A DNA stretch of 64,000 nt from an uncultured Acidobacteriota bacterium (GTDB taxonomy: Bacteria > Acidobacteriota > Thermoanaerobaculia > Multivoradales > UBA5704), in NCBI GenBank assembly GCA_963770895.1, contig CAVYRF010000002.1, positions 1,856,001 to 1,920,000 on the forward strand, given 5' to 3'. The first letter of the stretch is position 1, and every line of letters begins with the position of its first letter. A program made the position numbers and the translations under genes. The notes below the pieces were generated by a model. It was not told the DNA's origin and made no database searches. It saw nothing but the letters and a program-made list of their open reading frames with translations. Shown in pieces: positions 28,926 through 37,717 of this stretch.

Positions 28926-31369
28926 TGCCAGGCCTGATCCAGGACGTGCTCGGCGGCCTGCGGTTCCTCCGCCAGCGGCCGGGCTTCACCGCCGTCGCCG
29001 TGCTCACCTTGGGCCTCGGGATCGGCGCCACGACCGAGGTCTACACCGTGGTCAGCACGGTGCTGTTGCGGCCGCAACCGTATCCGCAGCCGGATCGCCT
29101 GGTGATGGTTTGGGAGGACTACGTCACCCACGAACAGAATCGCCTGATCGCCCCTGCCGAGTTCGCCGCTCTCAAACGCGAAGCCAGGTCCCTGGATCAG
29201 CTTTCCGCGGTCGACCTGCAGCGCTGCAGCATCGTCGGCCGGGATCAGCCCGCGCCCGCGACCATCGCCCTGGTGTCCAGCGACTTCTTCCCGCTTCTGG
29301 GAGCCAGGGCCGCCATCGGCAGGACCTTCCTGCCCCAGGAGGACAGTCCGGGCCGGGGCCAGGAAGTCGTGCTCAGCCATCGTCTCTGGCAGCGCCGGTT
29401 CGGCGGCGACCCCCGCGTCGTGGGGGAGAAGCTCGACCTGCAGCTGGTGCGCGAGATCGGGCCGCAGCGCCAGCGGCCCGCGACCTTCACCGTGGTCGGC
29501 GTCCTGCCGGCGGACTTCGAGCCGCCCACCCCCGACATGGACGTGGATCTATGGGCGCCGATCGCCCTGGCGCCCGGCGCGGGCGGGAGCTCCCACTATC
29601 TGGAGGCGCTGGGACGGCTGCGCGGCGGCACGTCGCTGGCCAGGGCCCAATCGCAGGTGGATGCCCAGGCGCTGCACTTTGCCGCCTTGGGGCTGGTGCA
29701 CCAGGATCACTTCCGCTGCAACCTTGTGCCGCTGCGCGAATTTCTGGTCGGCGGCCTGCGCCCCGTCCTGCTGGTGCTGCTGTTCGCCGTCGGGTTCGTC
29801 CTGCTGATCGCGTGCAGCAACGTCGCCAGCCTCATCCTGGCCCAGGGCTCCTCGCGGCACTCCGAGATGGCGATCCGCGTCGCCCTGGGCGCCGGCCGCG
29901 GGCAGATCCTCCGCCGGCTGTTGATCGAGAGCGCCTTGCTGGGCCTGCTCGGCGGCCTGATCGGCCTGCTGCTCTGCCAGGGGTCTCTGCAGCTCCTGCT
30001 GGCGCTCGGCCCGGCGGATCTCCCGCGGCTGCACCAGATCCGGGTCGATTCCCACGTCCTCGCCTTCGCCTGCGCCTTGTCGCTGCTGACCGCGGTGCTC
30101 TCCGGGCTGGCGCCGGCCCTCCACAGCTCCCGCTCCGAGCTTCTGGCGACCCTCAAGGGCAGCGGCGACCGGCGCTCCACGGCGAGCCGCCAGGCCCGCC
30201 GCCTGGGCTCGACGCTGGTGGTGGCCGAGGCGGCCCTGGCGGTCGTGCTGCTGATCGCCGCGGGCCTGCTCACCAGGAGCTTCGGGCAGCTGCTCGCCGT
30301 CGACACCGGCTTCGATCCCGGGCACCTGCTGGTGCTGCGCATCTCCATGCCGGAAGGGAGCTTTCCGGTCACCGCCAATCGCCTTGCCTTCGTCCTGCGC
30401 TGCACGGAAGCTCTCGAGTCGCAGCCGGGCGTCCGCGCCGCGGCGGCCGCCAACCTCTTCCCGTTGCGGAACTGGAACACCGACACCTCTTTCCTGGTCG
30501 AAGGCCGCTCCGACCTGACGGCTGCCAACGCTCCCACCGCCGATTGGCGCAGCGTGACCCCGGGTTACTTTCGCACCCTGGGCGTGCCGCTGCTGCGAGG
30601 CCGCTCGTTCACCCAGACCGAGCTGCGCACCGGCGCTCCGGTGGTGGTCGTCAACCAGGCCCTGGCGCGGCGTTTCTGGCCGCGCGACAACCCTCTGGGC
30701 AAGCGCCTGAAGCAAGTGGTCAACGGCAGCGACCGGCCCTGGCTCACGGTGATCGGGGTGGTGGGCGACGTGCGCAACCAGGACCTGGGGAGCGCCGCGG
30801 CGCCCACCATGTACACGCAAAACTACTGGGCCCCCTCCGTGTCGCTGGGCGTGCGGACGGCGGGCGATCCGGCTGCCCTGGCCGGCCCCGTGCGCCGCCT
30901 GCTGGCGGGGCTCGACCGGGACGCCACCATCCAGGAGCTGAGCCCGATGCCGGACATCCTGCGGCAATCGGTTGCCCAGCAACGTTTTGCCGCCGTCATC
31001 CTGGGCGGCTTCGCGCTGCTCGCCCTGGTCCTGGCGGCGGTGGGGATCTACGGCGTGCTGGCGTTCGCCACCGGCCGGCGCGCCAGGGAGATCGGCTTGC
31101 GCATGGCCCTGGGGGCCGGCCGCCGCCAGGTGCTGGCGCTGGTGGTCGGCCAGGGCATGGCCCCGGTGCTCGCCGGCCTGCTGCTCGGCGTCGCCGTGGC
31201 GGCCGGCCTGACCCGCTACCTGTCGAGCCTGCTGTTCGGCGTCGGCGCCACCGATCCATTCACCTTCTGCGCCGGGCCGTCCATCCTGGTCGGCGTCGCC
31301 CTGGCCGCCTGCCTGCTGCCGGCGTGGCGCGCCGCCCGCATCGACCCGGCAAGCTCACTGAACGCCTGA
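28925..31369 (+). CDS. ADOP-type duplicated MacB/FtsX ABC permease
   Basis: RPGFTAVAVLTLGLGIGA, LLIACSNVA, EMAIRVALGA, GIYGVL...REIGLRMALGA, PAWRAARIDP; ATG overlaps the SHMT stop (TGATG). Confidence 0.95.
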   Translation: MPGLIQDVLGGLRFLRQRPGFTAVAVLTLGLGIGATTEVYTVVSTVLLRPQPYPQPDRLVMVWEDYVTHEQNRLIAPAEFAALKREARSLDQLSAVDLQRCSIVGRDQPAPATIALVSSDFFPLLGARAAIGRTFLPQEDSPGRGQEVVLSHRLWQRRFGGDPRVVGEKLDLQLVREIGPQRQRPATFTVVGVLPADFEPPTPDMDVDLWAPIALAPGAGGSSHYLEALGRLRGGTSLARAQSQVDAQALHFAALGLVHQDHFRCNLVPLREFLVGGLRPVLLVLLFAVGFVLLIACSNVASLILAQGSSRHSEMAIRVALGAGRGQILRRLLIESALLGLLGGLIGLLLCQGSLQLLLALGPADLPRLHQIRVDSHVLAFACALSLLTAVLSGLAPALHSSRSELLATLKGSGDRRSTASRQARRLGSTLVVAEAALAVVLLIAAGLLTRSFGQLLAVDTGFDPGHLLVLRISMPEGSFPVTANRLAFVLRCTEALESQPGVRAAAAANLFPLRNWNTDTSFLVEGRSDLTAANAPTADWRSVTPGYFRTLGVPLLRGRSFTQTELRTGAPVVVVNQALARRFWPRDNPLGKRLKQVVNGSDRPWLTVIGVVGDVRNQDLGSAAAPTMYTQNYWAPSVSLGVRTAGDPAALAGPVRRLLAGLDRDATIQELSPMPDILRQSVAQQRFAAVILGGFALLALVLAAVGIYGVLAFATGRRAREIGLRMALGAGRRQVLALVVGQGMAPVLAGLLLGVAVAAGLTRYLSSLLFGVGATDPFTFCAGPSILVGVALAACLLPAWRAARIDPASSLNA

Positions 31370-31437
31370 CCATGACCGGCGGTGACGGCGAGGCCGGGGA
31401 GCTTCTGGCGAGCGGTAGCTCCTGGGTGTAAGCGCGG

Positions 31438-31755
31438 TTGAGGAGAATGCGGTCCCTGGCGCGAGGCGGGGCCATTGCGGCGGCGCGATCGAGCAACTCG
31501 AGTGGCAGGACCAAGCCGTTCCCCCAATACCTCGAACATGAACTGAGAGAGAGGATCGCCGCCCTCCTCCCAGGTGCGATGCAGGCCGACGTGCTCCTTT
31601 ACGAGACCTTCCTCAAAAATCAGCGAGGGAAAGGCGCCGTATGGTGGGAGCTACCAGGTCCTATCGCCAGCGCACTCCTGGTTGCAGGCGCCACATCATT
31701 CTTCTGGTTACTTCCATCCACGGACTCCCATCGAGTCGGTCGCTGTGCCCATTAA
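31438..31755 (+). pseudogene. Possible C-terminal fragment of a membrane protein
   Basis: YLEHELRERIAALL...YETFL... followed by a hydrophobic stretch; no convincing start or RBS; lower GC. Confidence 0.25.
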
Positions 31756-32071
31756 CCCCTTGCCGTTCTGCCAGATCTTCGAGCGCTGGATTGCCTCACC
31801 AGCGAGGCCGCTAAGCGGTCGTCCGAGCGCGCGGCTGAGGGAGAAGTAGCCGGATTAACGGGCGAATCTCTAGCGGTCTCGATTCTCGAAGCGCCCGGCT
31901 GCCTGGGCAGATTCCGAGGTGTGCGCCACCCCTTTCACCTCAGCGACTCCCGCCCGGCTGTGCGCAGAAGTTCCGCCTCGGAGAAATGAACGTAATTCCT
32001 GCTCGCTCTCAAATGCGAATGTCCGTCAGAAGAAAGATCGCGGACCAATCCGTACCTGCTCAAAATATAGA

Positions 32072-32101
32072 TTGACACATCTGAGCTGATACCGGTAGGC
32101 T
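32072..32101 (+). promoter_or_regulatory. Sigma70-type promoter of the surface-protein operon
   Basis: TTGACA (32072)-18 bp-TAGGCT (32096), preceded by AT-rich AAAATATAG. Confidence 0.6.
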
Positions 32102-32234
32102 GTATTCCGCTTCAGAGCTTCAGACGCCGGAATTAGCAAACGCGCGGGCATGGCGCTCGACCGCTGTCGAGAATGTACTCGGCGGCCGGCGCCTGACCGT
32201 CCGCAGGTTTCTCACTGACTTGCCGGAGGTGGCA

Positions 32235-35200
32235 ATGCGGCACGTGGTTCGAGCGCCCGTGCGGTTCCGTTTCGGTACATCGAGTGCGGCCCGAGCCGGC
32301 ATAAGGCTCGTTTTCGCAGCATGCTTCCTCGCAGCTCTGGCCACCACCATGCTGGCCGCCCAGGCCGTGACGCTTCAGGCGAGCGCGGACACCACTCTTA
32401 AGCAGGGCAGTCCTGACAAGAGCTTTGGCAGTGAGACGACCCTGACTATCAAGGAAGGCGGCAGCCGCGTTCCCCTCCAGTTCGACGGAGGCGCCATCGC
32501 TGCGGCGGTGGGCGGCGGCAGCCTGGCCTCGGCAGCACTTCAAGTCTACGTGGGCGCCAACGCGGGGAATTGGGGTACCACCGGCCGCACCGTGGACATC
32601 TATCAGCTCACAACCGCGTGGACGGAAGCCGGAGCGACCTGGAACTGCGCCGCCGATCCGAACCCTGGGCATGCCGGTGTCGGCTGTACGAGTCCCTGGT
32701 CCGGCGGCACCCCCGCACAGGGCGCCAACGGCGCGAGCGGAGACGGCGAGGCGACCGACACGGCGCTCATCACGAACGGCACAAGCGGCTGGGTAACGTT
32801 CGACGTGACCTCGGATGTCGCGGCGTTTCTCACCGGCACGGCCAATAACGGATGGCTTCTCCAGAAGACGGACGAGGGCCAGGCGGGCCAGATCGATCTC
32901 GTCTCGCGGGAGGGAACGGCGGGCCTCGGCCCGAGGCTTGTCCTGGTCAGCCAAAGCGCCACCTCCGATACGGTGCCGCCGTCCCTCGCCATCGTGTCGC
33001 CGTCAGAGCCGGTCTTAGTGAACGTGCCCGCACCAGCGGTCGGCCTCGCCTATCAGGACCCCGGCTCGGGCGTCGACACCTCGACACTTCGAGTCGCAAT
33101 CGACGGTCAGGATTTCACCTCGGGATGCAGCATCGGAGCGCAGGCGGCGAGTTGTCAGGCACCAGTGCTGGCCGCCGGCGTGCACACCATCATGGCGAGC
33201 GTGAGCGATCATGCGGGCAACGTTGCCACGGCCACGACGAACTTCCAGCTACTCCTCGGTCCCGGCATCTCAAGCCTCACTCTCCCAGTGAGTGCCGACA
33301 CCTTCATCACCGCCACGAGCCCCGACCGTGAGCACGGGCGCGCCGCAGTGCTGCGGGTCGAAAAGAGCGGCCCGAGCCGGGCACTGGTCGGGTTCGCCCC
33401 GGGAAGCCTCGCGGCCGCGGTAGCCGGCAACCAGGTGCTTGCGGCCCAGCTTCAGCTCGGAGTCGCCGCGAATGCCAAGAATTGGGGAGCGGCCGGGCGC
33501 ACCATCGGCGCCTACCGGTTGACCACCGCATGGTCCGAGGCGGCGGCGACCTGGGACTGCCCCGCCGACACCAACTTGGACAATGCCGTGCCCGACTGTG
33601 CGGCTCCGTGGAGCGGCGGCTCCTTCGTGGCCGCACCGACTGCAACGGCGCTCATCACGCGGCAGACGACGGGCAGCGTAAGCTTCGATGTGACCGCTGA
33701 CGTGACTGCCTTCTTCGCCGGAACTGCGACCGACGGTTGGCTGATTGCCAAGACCGGCGAAGGGCTTGCGGGGCGGATCGACTTCACCTCGCGGGAGGCG
33801 AGCTCAGGCCAGGCGGCGCAGCTTATCGTCGAGGTGCAGGTTCCGTCGGGCGGTACCACACCGCCGGTGCCCTTGCCCTCCGTTGTGCTCACCCTTCCTG
33901 TCGATGGCGCGGTGGTCAGTCAGCCAACAATAACCGCTACTGGCACGGTAGTCTGCACCAAGCCTCTTGCCAGCGTAACCGTCAACGGTCAGCCGGTGAG
34001 TTTGGCGGGCAACGCTTTCTCCGTGCCGGTAAGCTTGGGCGCCGGCCCGAACGTGGTCCTGGTGCTGGCTACCGATGTCGACGGCAATGTAGGGACTGCC
34101 TCCGCTGGGGTAACACTCGATACCACTCCTCCGATCGTCACGATTCTCCAGCCGCTGGCGGGGGCGCTAATCAATTCCGCGAGCGCATTGGTCCAAGGGC
34201 AGGTGAGCGACGACACCGGAGTCGCCAGCCTTAGCGTCGCCGGCACACCGGTCACGGTCAACAGCGAAGGTAGCTTCCAGGCGCAGGTTGCACTGAACGA
34301 AGGCAACAATTTGATTCCGTTCGAGGCCACCGACGTTGCGGGCAACAAGACGGACCAGGCCCTCAATGTCATCCGCTTCTCGCTGCCGCAGGTCGCGATC
34401 ACCTCGCCGCCCGATCTCAGTTATATTGCCGCCACCACCGTCGCCGTTTCAGGCACGGTCAGTGATCCGGCAGCAACCGTCTCCGTCAACGGCCAGCCAG
34501 CCCAGGTGAGCGGCGGCTCGTTCATGGCACCGGGTGTGCCGCTTCTCGAAGGCGGCAACGTGCTCACCGCCACTACCACCGATTCCAACGGCCATGTGAA
34601 CACTGCCACCATCAATGTGGTTCGCGACCTGACGGCACCCGTCCTGTCGATCGCCTATCCGCAAGACGGTGCCACGGTGTTCAGCCCGACACTCACGGTT
34701 TCCGGGCTCGTAAACGACATCGTCGCGGGGACGGTGAATGCCTCCCAGGTCACGGTGACTGTCAACGGCCAGCCTGCGGCGGTGGCGAACCGTTCCTTCT
34801 CCGCCACACTCTCCCTGATCGCCGGTGAGAACCTGCTTACGGTACGGGCGACGGATGTGAGCGGCAACACTTCGCAGGCCACGGTCACCGTGCAGTTAAA
34901 GCCTGCAACGGTGCCGCGGGTGACGCTCGTCGCCGGCGCCGGCCAGTCGGCACCAATCGGTACGCTTCTCGGCTCTCCTCTCGTGGCGGCGCTGCTGGAT
35001 GGGAACGGGCAGCCGGTGGCGGGACAGAGCCTCTATTTCCGAGTGCGCGGCAACGATGGCACGCTCAACGGCGGACAGCGCGGCGTGACCATGACCACGA
35101 ATGCATCAGGGCAGGCGACCGTTAACTTCACGCTCGGCAGGCACGCCGGCACCGGCAACCAGGTGGTCGAGGCGTTTGCCCCCGGTTTCCAAGGTCCAGC

Positions 35201-36878
35201 CGTTTTTCAGGAGACCGCCGTGCCCGGCAGTCCGTCGCTAATCGTTGTCGACTCAGGAGACCAGCAGGTGGGAATCCCGGGGCAATTGGCGCCGCGTCCT
35301 CTGGTTGTCGTAGTGACCGACAGCGGCTTCAACCGCCTGCCAGGAGTTGCAGTGCAGTTCGGCACCGTCAAAGGCCAAGGGAGCTTTCCGAATGGCGACC
35401 AGGTCACGACCGCCATCACCGACTCCGATGGACGCGCGATCGTAAACTTCACGTTGGACCCGAGCGAGGGCATTTCCAACAACGCCGTGCGCGCGATAAT
35501 CGCCGGTCTTTCCGGCGGCTCCGCCGCTAACTTTGTGCTTTCGGGGCGCGCCGCAGGAAACCCGGCGGCCACTACGGTGAGCGGCGTCGTGTTGGATAAC
35601 GCCAACCATCCAGTGCCCGGCGTCACCGCCAGCATCCGCGGCACTGCGATCACGGCACAGACCGATGCCGCCGGACACTTTCAGCTGACCGGCGTTGCGC
35701 CGGGCACTCCTACGCTGATTATTGACGGCAGCACTGCGCAACTTCCCGGCGCATGGCCTGACCTTGAATACTTGGTCACGGTAATTGCCGGCCGCGACAA
35801 CACCGTCAATATGCCGATCTACATGTTGCCGCTCGATCAGACCCATGGCATCCAGGTAAGCGAGACTGTTGGTGGCACCCTGACGCTGCCGCAGGTCCCC
35901 GGTTTCGCACTGACTATTACGCCGGGCTCCGTCACCTTTCCCAATGGTGCACGCAGCGGCTTGGTTAGCGTGACCGTCGTTCATGGCGACAAGGTTCCGA
36001 TGGTGCCAAATTTCGGCCAGCAGCCGCGCCTCATCGTCACCATCCAACCGGCCGGTGCGCGCTTCGATCCGCCTGCGCGCCTCACCTTTCCCAATGTCGA
36101 AGGTCTTGTGCCGGGATCGACGACCGAGATGTACTCGTTCGATCACGATCTTGGACACTTCGTCAGCATTGGTCCGGCGACGGTCAGCGACGACGGTGCC
36201 ACGGTGACCGCCAACCCCGGCGTAGGCGTGATCAAGGCGGGCTGGCACTGTTGCGGAAATCCAGCGACGTCAGGAGTGCCGTTCGATTGCCCGCAGTGCA
36301 AGACCTGCGACGGCGGGCTGGGAATTCTCTGCGTTCCCGACCCGACGTTCGAAGGCAAAGCTTGCCCTGACGTGCCACCGAACATCTGTCGCGGCGGTGA
36401 TTGCGTGTGTGCAATCCCCACGAACTTCCAACAGACCTTGGGGCACGCCCTGATAGCCCAATTGAATTTCATTTACCAATGGGGCTCCAGTACAGGACAT
36501 ATGGAAGATCTTGCGGGCTGCCAAGTTGCCGAACTCATCTTCCTGCCGAGTGACCCCTACACATTCCCGAAGCCCTGGGTGGGAAAGTCGGGCTCGCCTT
36601 ACACTACAGCGATCGTGCCGGGCTCAAATGGCGTCCTCAACGATACCAATACGCTGACCGGACCGCTGTTGCCGATCGGCAGGCCGATCGTTCCGGGTCA
36701 GATTAGCGTGACCCAATACTTCACATTCAAGTGCCCGTGCTATACATCGTCAGGGCTGCCCAGGCTTTTCGGCCCTATAGCGATCGTTCGCAGCGTGGCA
36801 CCGAACGCCGATGGTTCCTGGAACGGCTGCATTCAGAAGTCGGGCCTGACCTCGTGCGTCACATTGCCGCCCAACTGA
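32235..36878 (+). CDS. Large secreted protein: 2x DNRLRE-like, multiple Ig-like, carboxypeptidase-regulatory-like domains, Cys-rich tail
   Basis: GGAGG RBS; signal peptide; two repeats ADT..., W.E..ATW, FDVT.DV, GWL, SRE; Ig repeats ending D..GN and DTTPP; GWHCCGNP then a Cys-rich C-terminus. Confidence 0.88.
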   Translation: MRHVVRAPVRFRFGTSSAARAGIRLVFAACFLAALATTMLAAQAVTLQASADTTLKQGSPDKSFGSETTLTIKEGGSRVPLQFDGGAIAAAVGGGSLASAALQVYVGANAGNWGTTGRTVDIYQLTTAWTEAGATWNCAADPNPGHAGVGCTSPWSGGTPAQGANGASGDGEATDTALITNGTSGWVTFDVTSDVAAFLTGTANNGWLLQKTDEGQAGQIDLVSREGTAGLGPRLVLVSQSATSDTVPPSLAIVSPSEPVLVNVPAPAVGLAYQDPGSGVDTSTLRVAIDGQDFTSGCSIGAQAASCQAPVLAAGVHTIMASVSDHAGNVATATTNFQLLLGPGISSLTLPVSADTFITATSPDREHGRAAVLRVEKSGPSRALVGFAPGSLAAAVAGNQVLAAQLQLGVAANAKNWGAAGRTIGAYRLTTAWSEAAATWDCPADTNLDNAVPDCAAPWSGGSFVAAPTATALITRQTTGSVSFDVTADVTAFFAGTATDGWLIAKTGEGLAGRIDFTSREASSGQAAQLIVEVQVPSGGTTPPVPLPSVVLTLPVDGAVVSQPTITATGTVVCTKPLASVTVNGQPVSLAGNAFSVPVSLGAGPNVVLVLATDVDGNVGTASAGVTLDTTPPIVTILQPLAGALINSASALVQGQVSDDTGVASLSVAGTPVTVNSEGSFQAQVALNEGNNLIPFEATDVAGNKTDQALNVIRFSLPQVAITSPPDLSYIAATTVAVSGTVSDPAATVSVNGQPAQVSGGSFMAPGVPLLEGGNVLTATTTDSNGHVNTATINVVRDLTAPVLSIAYPQDGATVFSPTLTVSGLVNDIVAGTVNASQVTVTVNGQPAAVANRSFSATLSLIAGENLLTVRATDVSGNTSQATVTVQLKPATVPRVTLVAGAGQSAPIGTLLGSPLVAALLDGNGQPVAGQSLYFRVRGNDGTLNGGQRGVTMTTNASGQATVNFTLGRHAGTGNQVVEAFAPGFQGPAVFQETAVPGSPSLIVVDSGDQQVGIPGQLAPRPLVVVVTDSGFNRLPGVAVQFGTVKGQGSFPNGDQVTTAITDSDGRAIVNFTLDPSEGISNNAVRAIIAGLSGGSAANFVLSGRAAGNPAATTVSGVVLDNANHPVPGVTASIRGTAITAQTDAAGHFQLTGVAPGTPTLIIDGSTAQLPGAWPDLEYLVTVIAGRDNTVNMPIYMLPLDQTHGIQVSETVGGTLTLPQVPGFALTITPGSVTFPNGARSGLVSVTVVHGDKVPMVPNFGQQPRLIVTIQPAGARFDPPARLTFPNVEGLVPGSTTEMYSFDHDLGHFVSIGPATVSDDGATVTANPGVGVIKAGWHCCGNPATSGVPFDCPQCKTCDGGLGILCVPDPTFEGKACPDVPPNICRGGDCVCAIPTNFQQTLGHALIAQLNFIYQWGSSTGHMEDLAGCQVAELIFLPSDPYTFPKPWVGKSGSPYTTAIVPGSNGVLNDTNTLTGPLLPIGRPIVPGQISVTQYFTFKCPCYTSSGLPRLFGPIAIVRSVAPNADGSWNGCIQKSGLTSCVTLPPN

Positions 36879-36892
36879 CGAGGACCCAGCAC

Positions 36893-37717
36893 ATGTTTGC
36901 CTTGACCTTCTCGATCATAGCTCTGGCGACAACCCCTTCAGCAGCGCCGTTAGGCGATCCTGCAAGGCAGGTTTGGTGCACGGCCGCGGCCGAGCAGACG
37001 GCGGTGACGGTGAATGAGCCGATCTGGATGCGCTTGGAATGCGAAAACCGCGGCACGACCGAAGCCTCCTTGGATTTTTTCACTGGTAGCGGCGTTGGCT
37101 GGCGGGTTGTTCCGAACGACGGCACGATCGGGTGCTTCACCAAAGATGATGCGCAAAATGTGCCGCCCAATCGGGTGGCGCTTGCGCCCGGCGATCACGC
37201 TGCCGTGCGCGTGCTGCTGAACCGTTGGACCGGCAGGTTGCAAGCGGGAATGTACCGGACCCGGCTGGTCAGCTGCGCTGGGGCCTATACGATTGACGCG
37301 AAGGGAGGGCAGGACCTGAGTGACGAGGTCACGGTCACAGTCGGCCCTCTCGACGAAAAGCGTCTCGAAAAAGCATGCAAGGATTTGACGAGCCAAGCTC
37401 TCAATCCTGCCGCCGCCGAAAGTGCCAGGCTCCAGGCTGCCGAGGGGCTTTCTTGGATCAATCACCCGCTTGCCGTGCCGTATCTTCAAGAGGTCATGTT
37501 GAAGGGTAGGACGGCCGAGCACCTCGCCGTGCAGGGGCTCAGCCGTATACGAACTCCGGAGGCGGTGCGGGTCCTGGTCGATGCGTTCGACCGAGACACC
37601 TTCTTAGCCATCGAGGTCCGCAACGCACTGTTCAAGATGCATCCTATAGGACTGGACGCAGACCTGCAGAAGCGTGTCACCAACATTTTGAACCATGAGT
37701 TCAAGGTGGCGCAATGA
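36893..37717 (+). CDS. Secreted protein with beta-sandwich N-terminus and HEAT-like repeats
   Basis: AGGA RBS, signal-like MFALTFSIIALA; HEAT-like AAEGLSWINHPLAVPYL and AVQGLSRIRTPEAVRVL; stop overlaps next ATG. Confidence 0.75.
   Translation: MFALTFSIIALATTPSAAPLGDPARQVWCTAAAEQTAVTVNEPIWMRLECENRGTTEASLDFFTGSGVGWRVVPNDGTIGCFTKDDAQNVPPNRVALAPGDHAAVRVLLNRWTGRLQAGMYRTRLVSCAGAYTIDAKGGQDLSDEVTVTVGPLDEKRLEKACKDLTSQALNPAAAESARLQAAEGLSWINHPLAVPYLQEVMLKGRTAEHLAVQGLSRIRTPEAVRVLVDAFDRDTFLAIEVRNALFKMHPIGLDADLQKRVTNILNHEFKVAQ

Noticed and set aside
31760-32060. Lower-GC gap as ncRNA or mobile-element end
   Set aside because: No recognisable RNA motif, terminal inverted repeat or target duplication found by eye; an Rfam covariance search would be needed.
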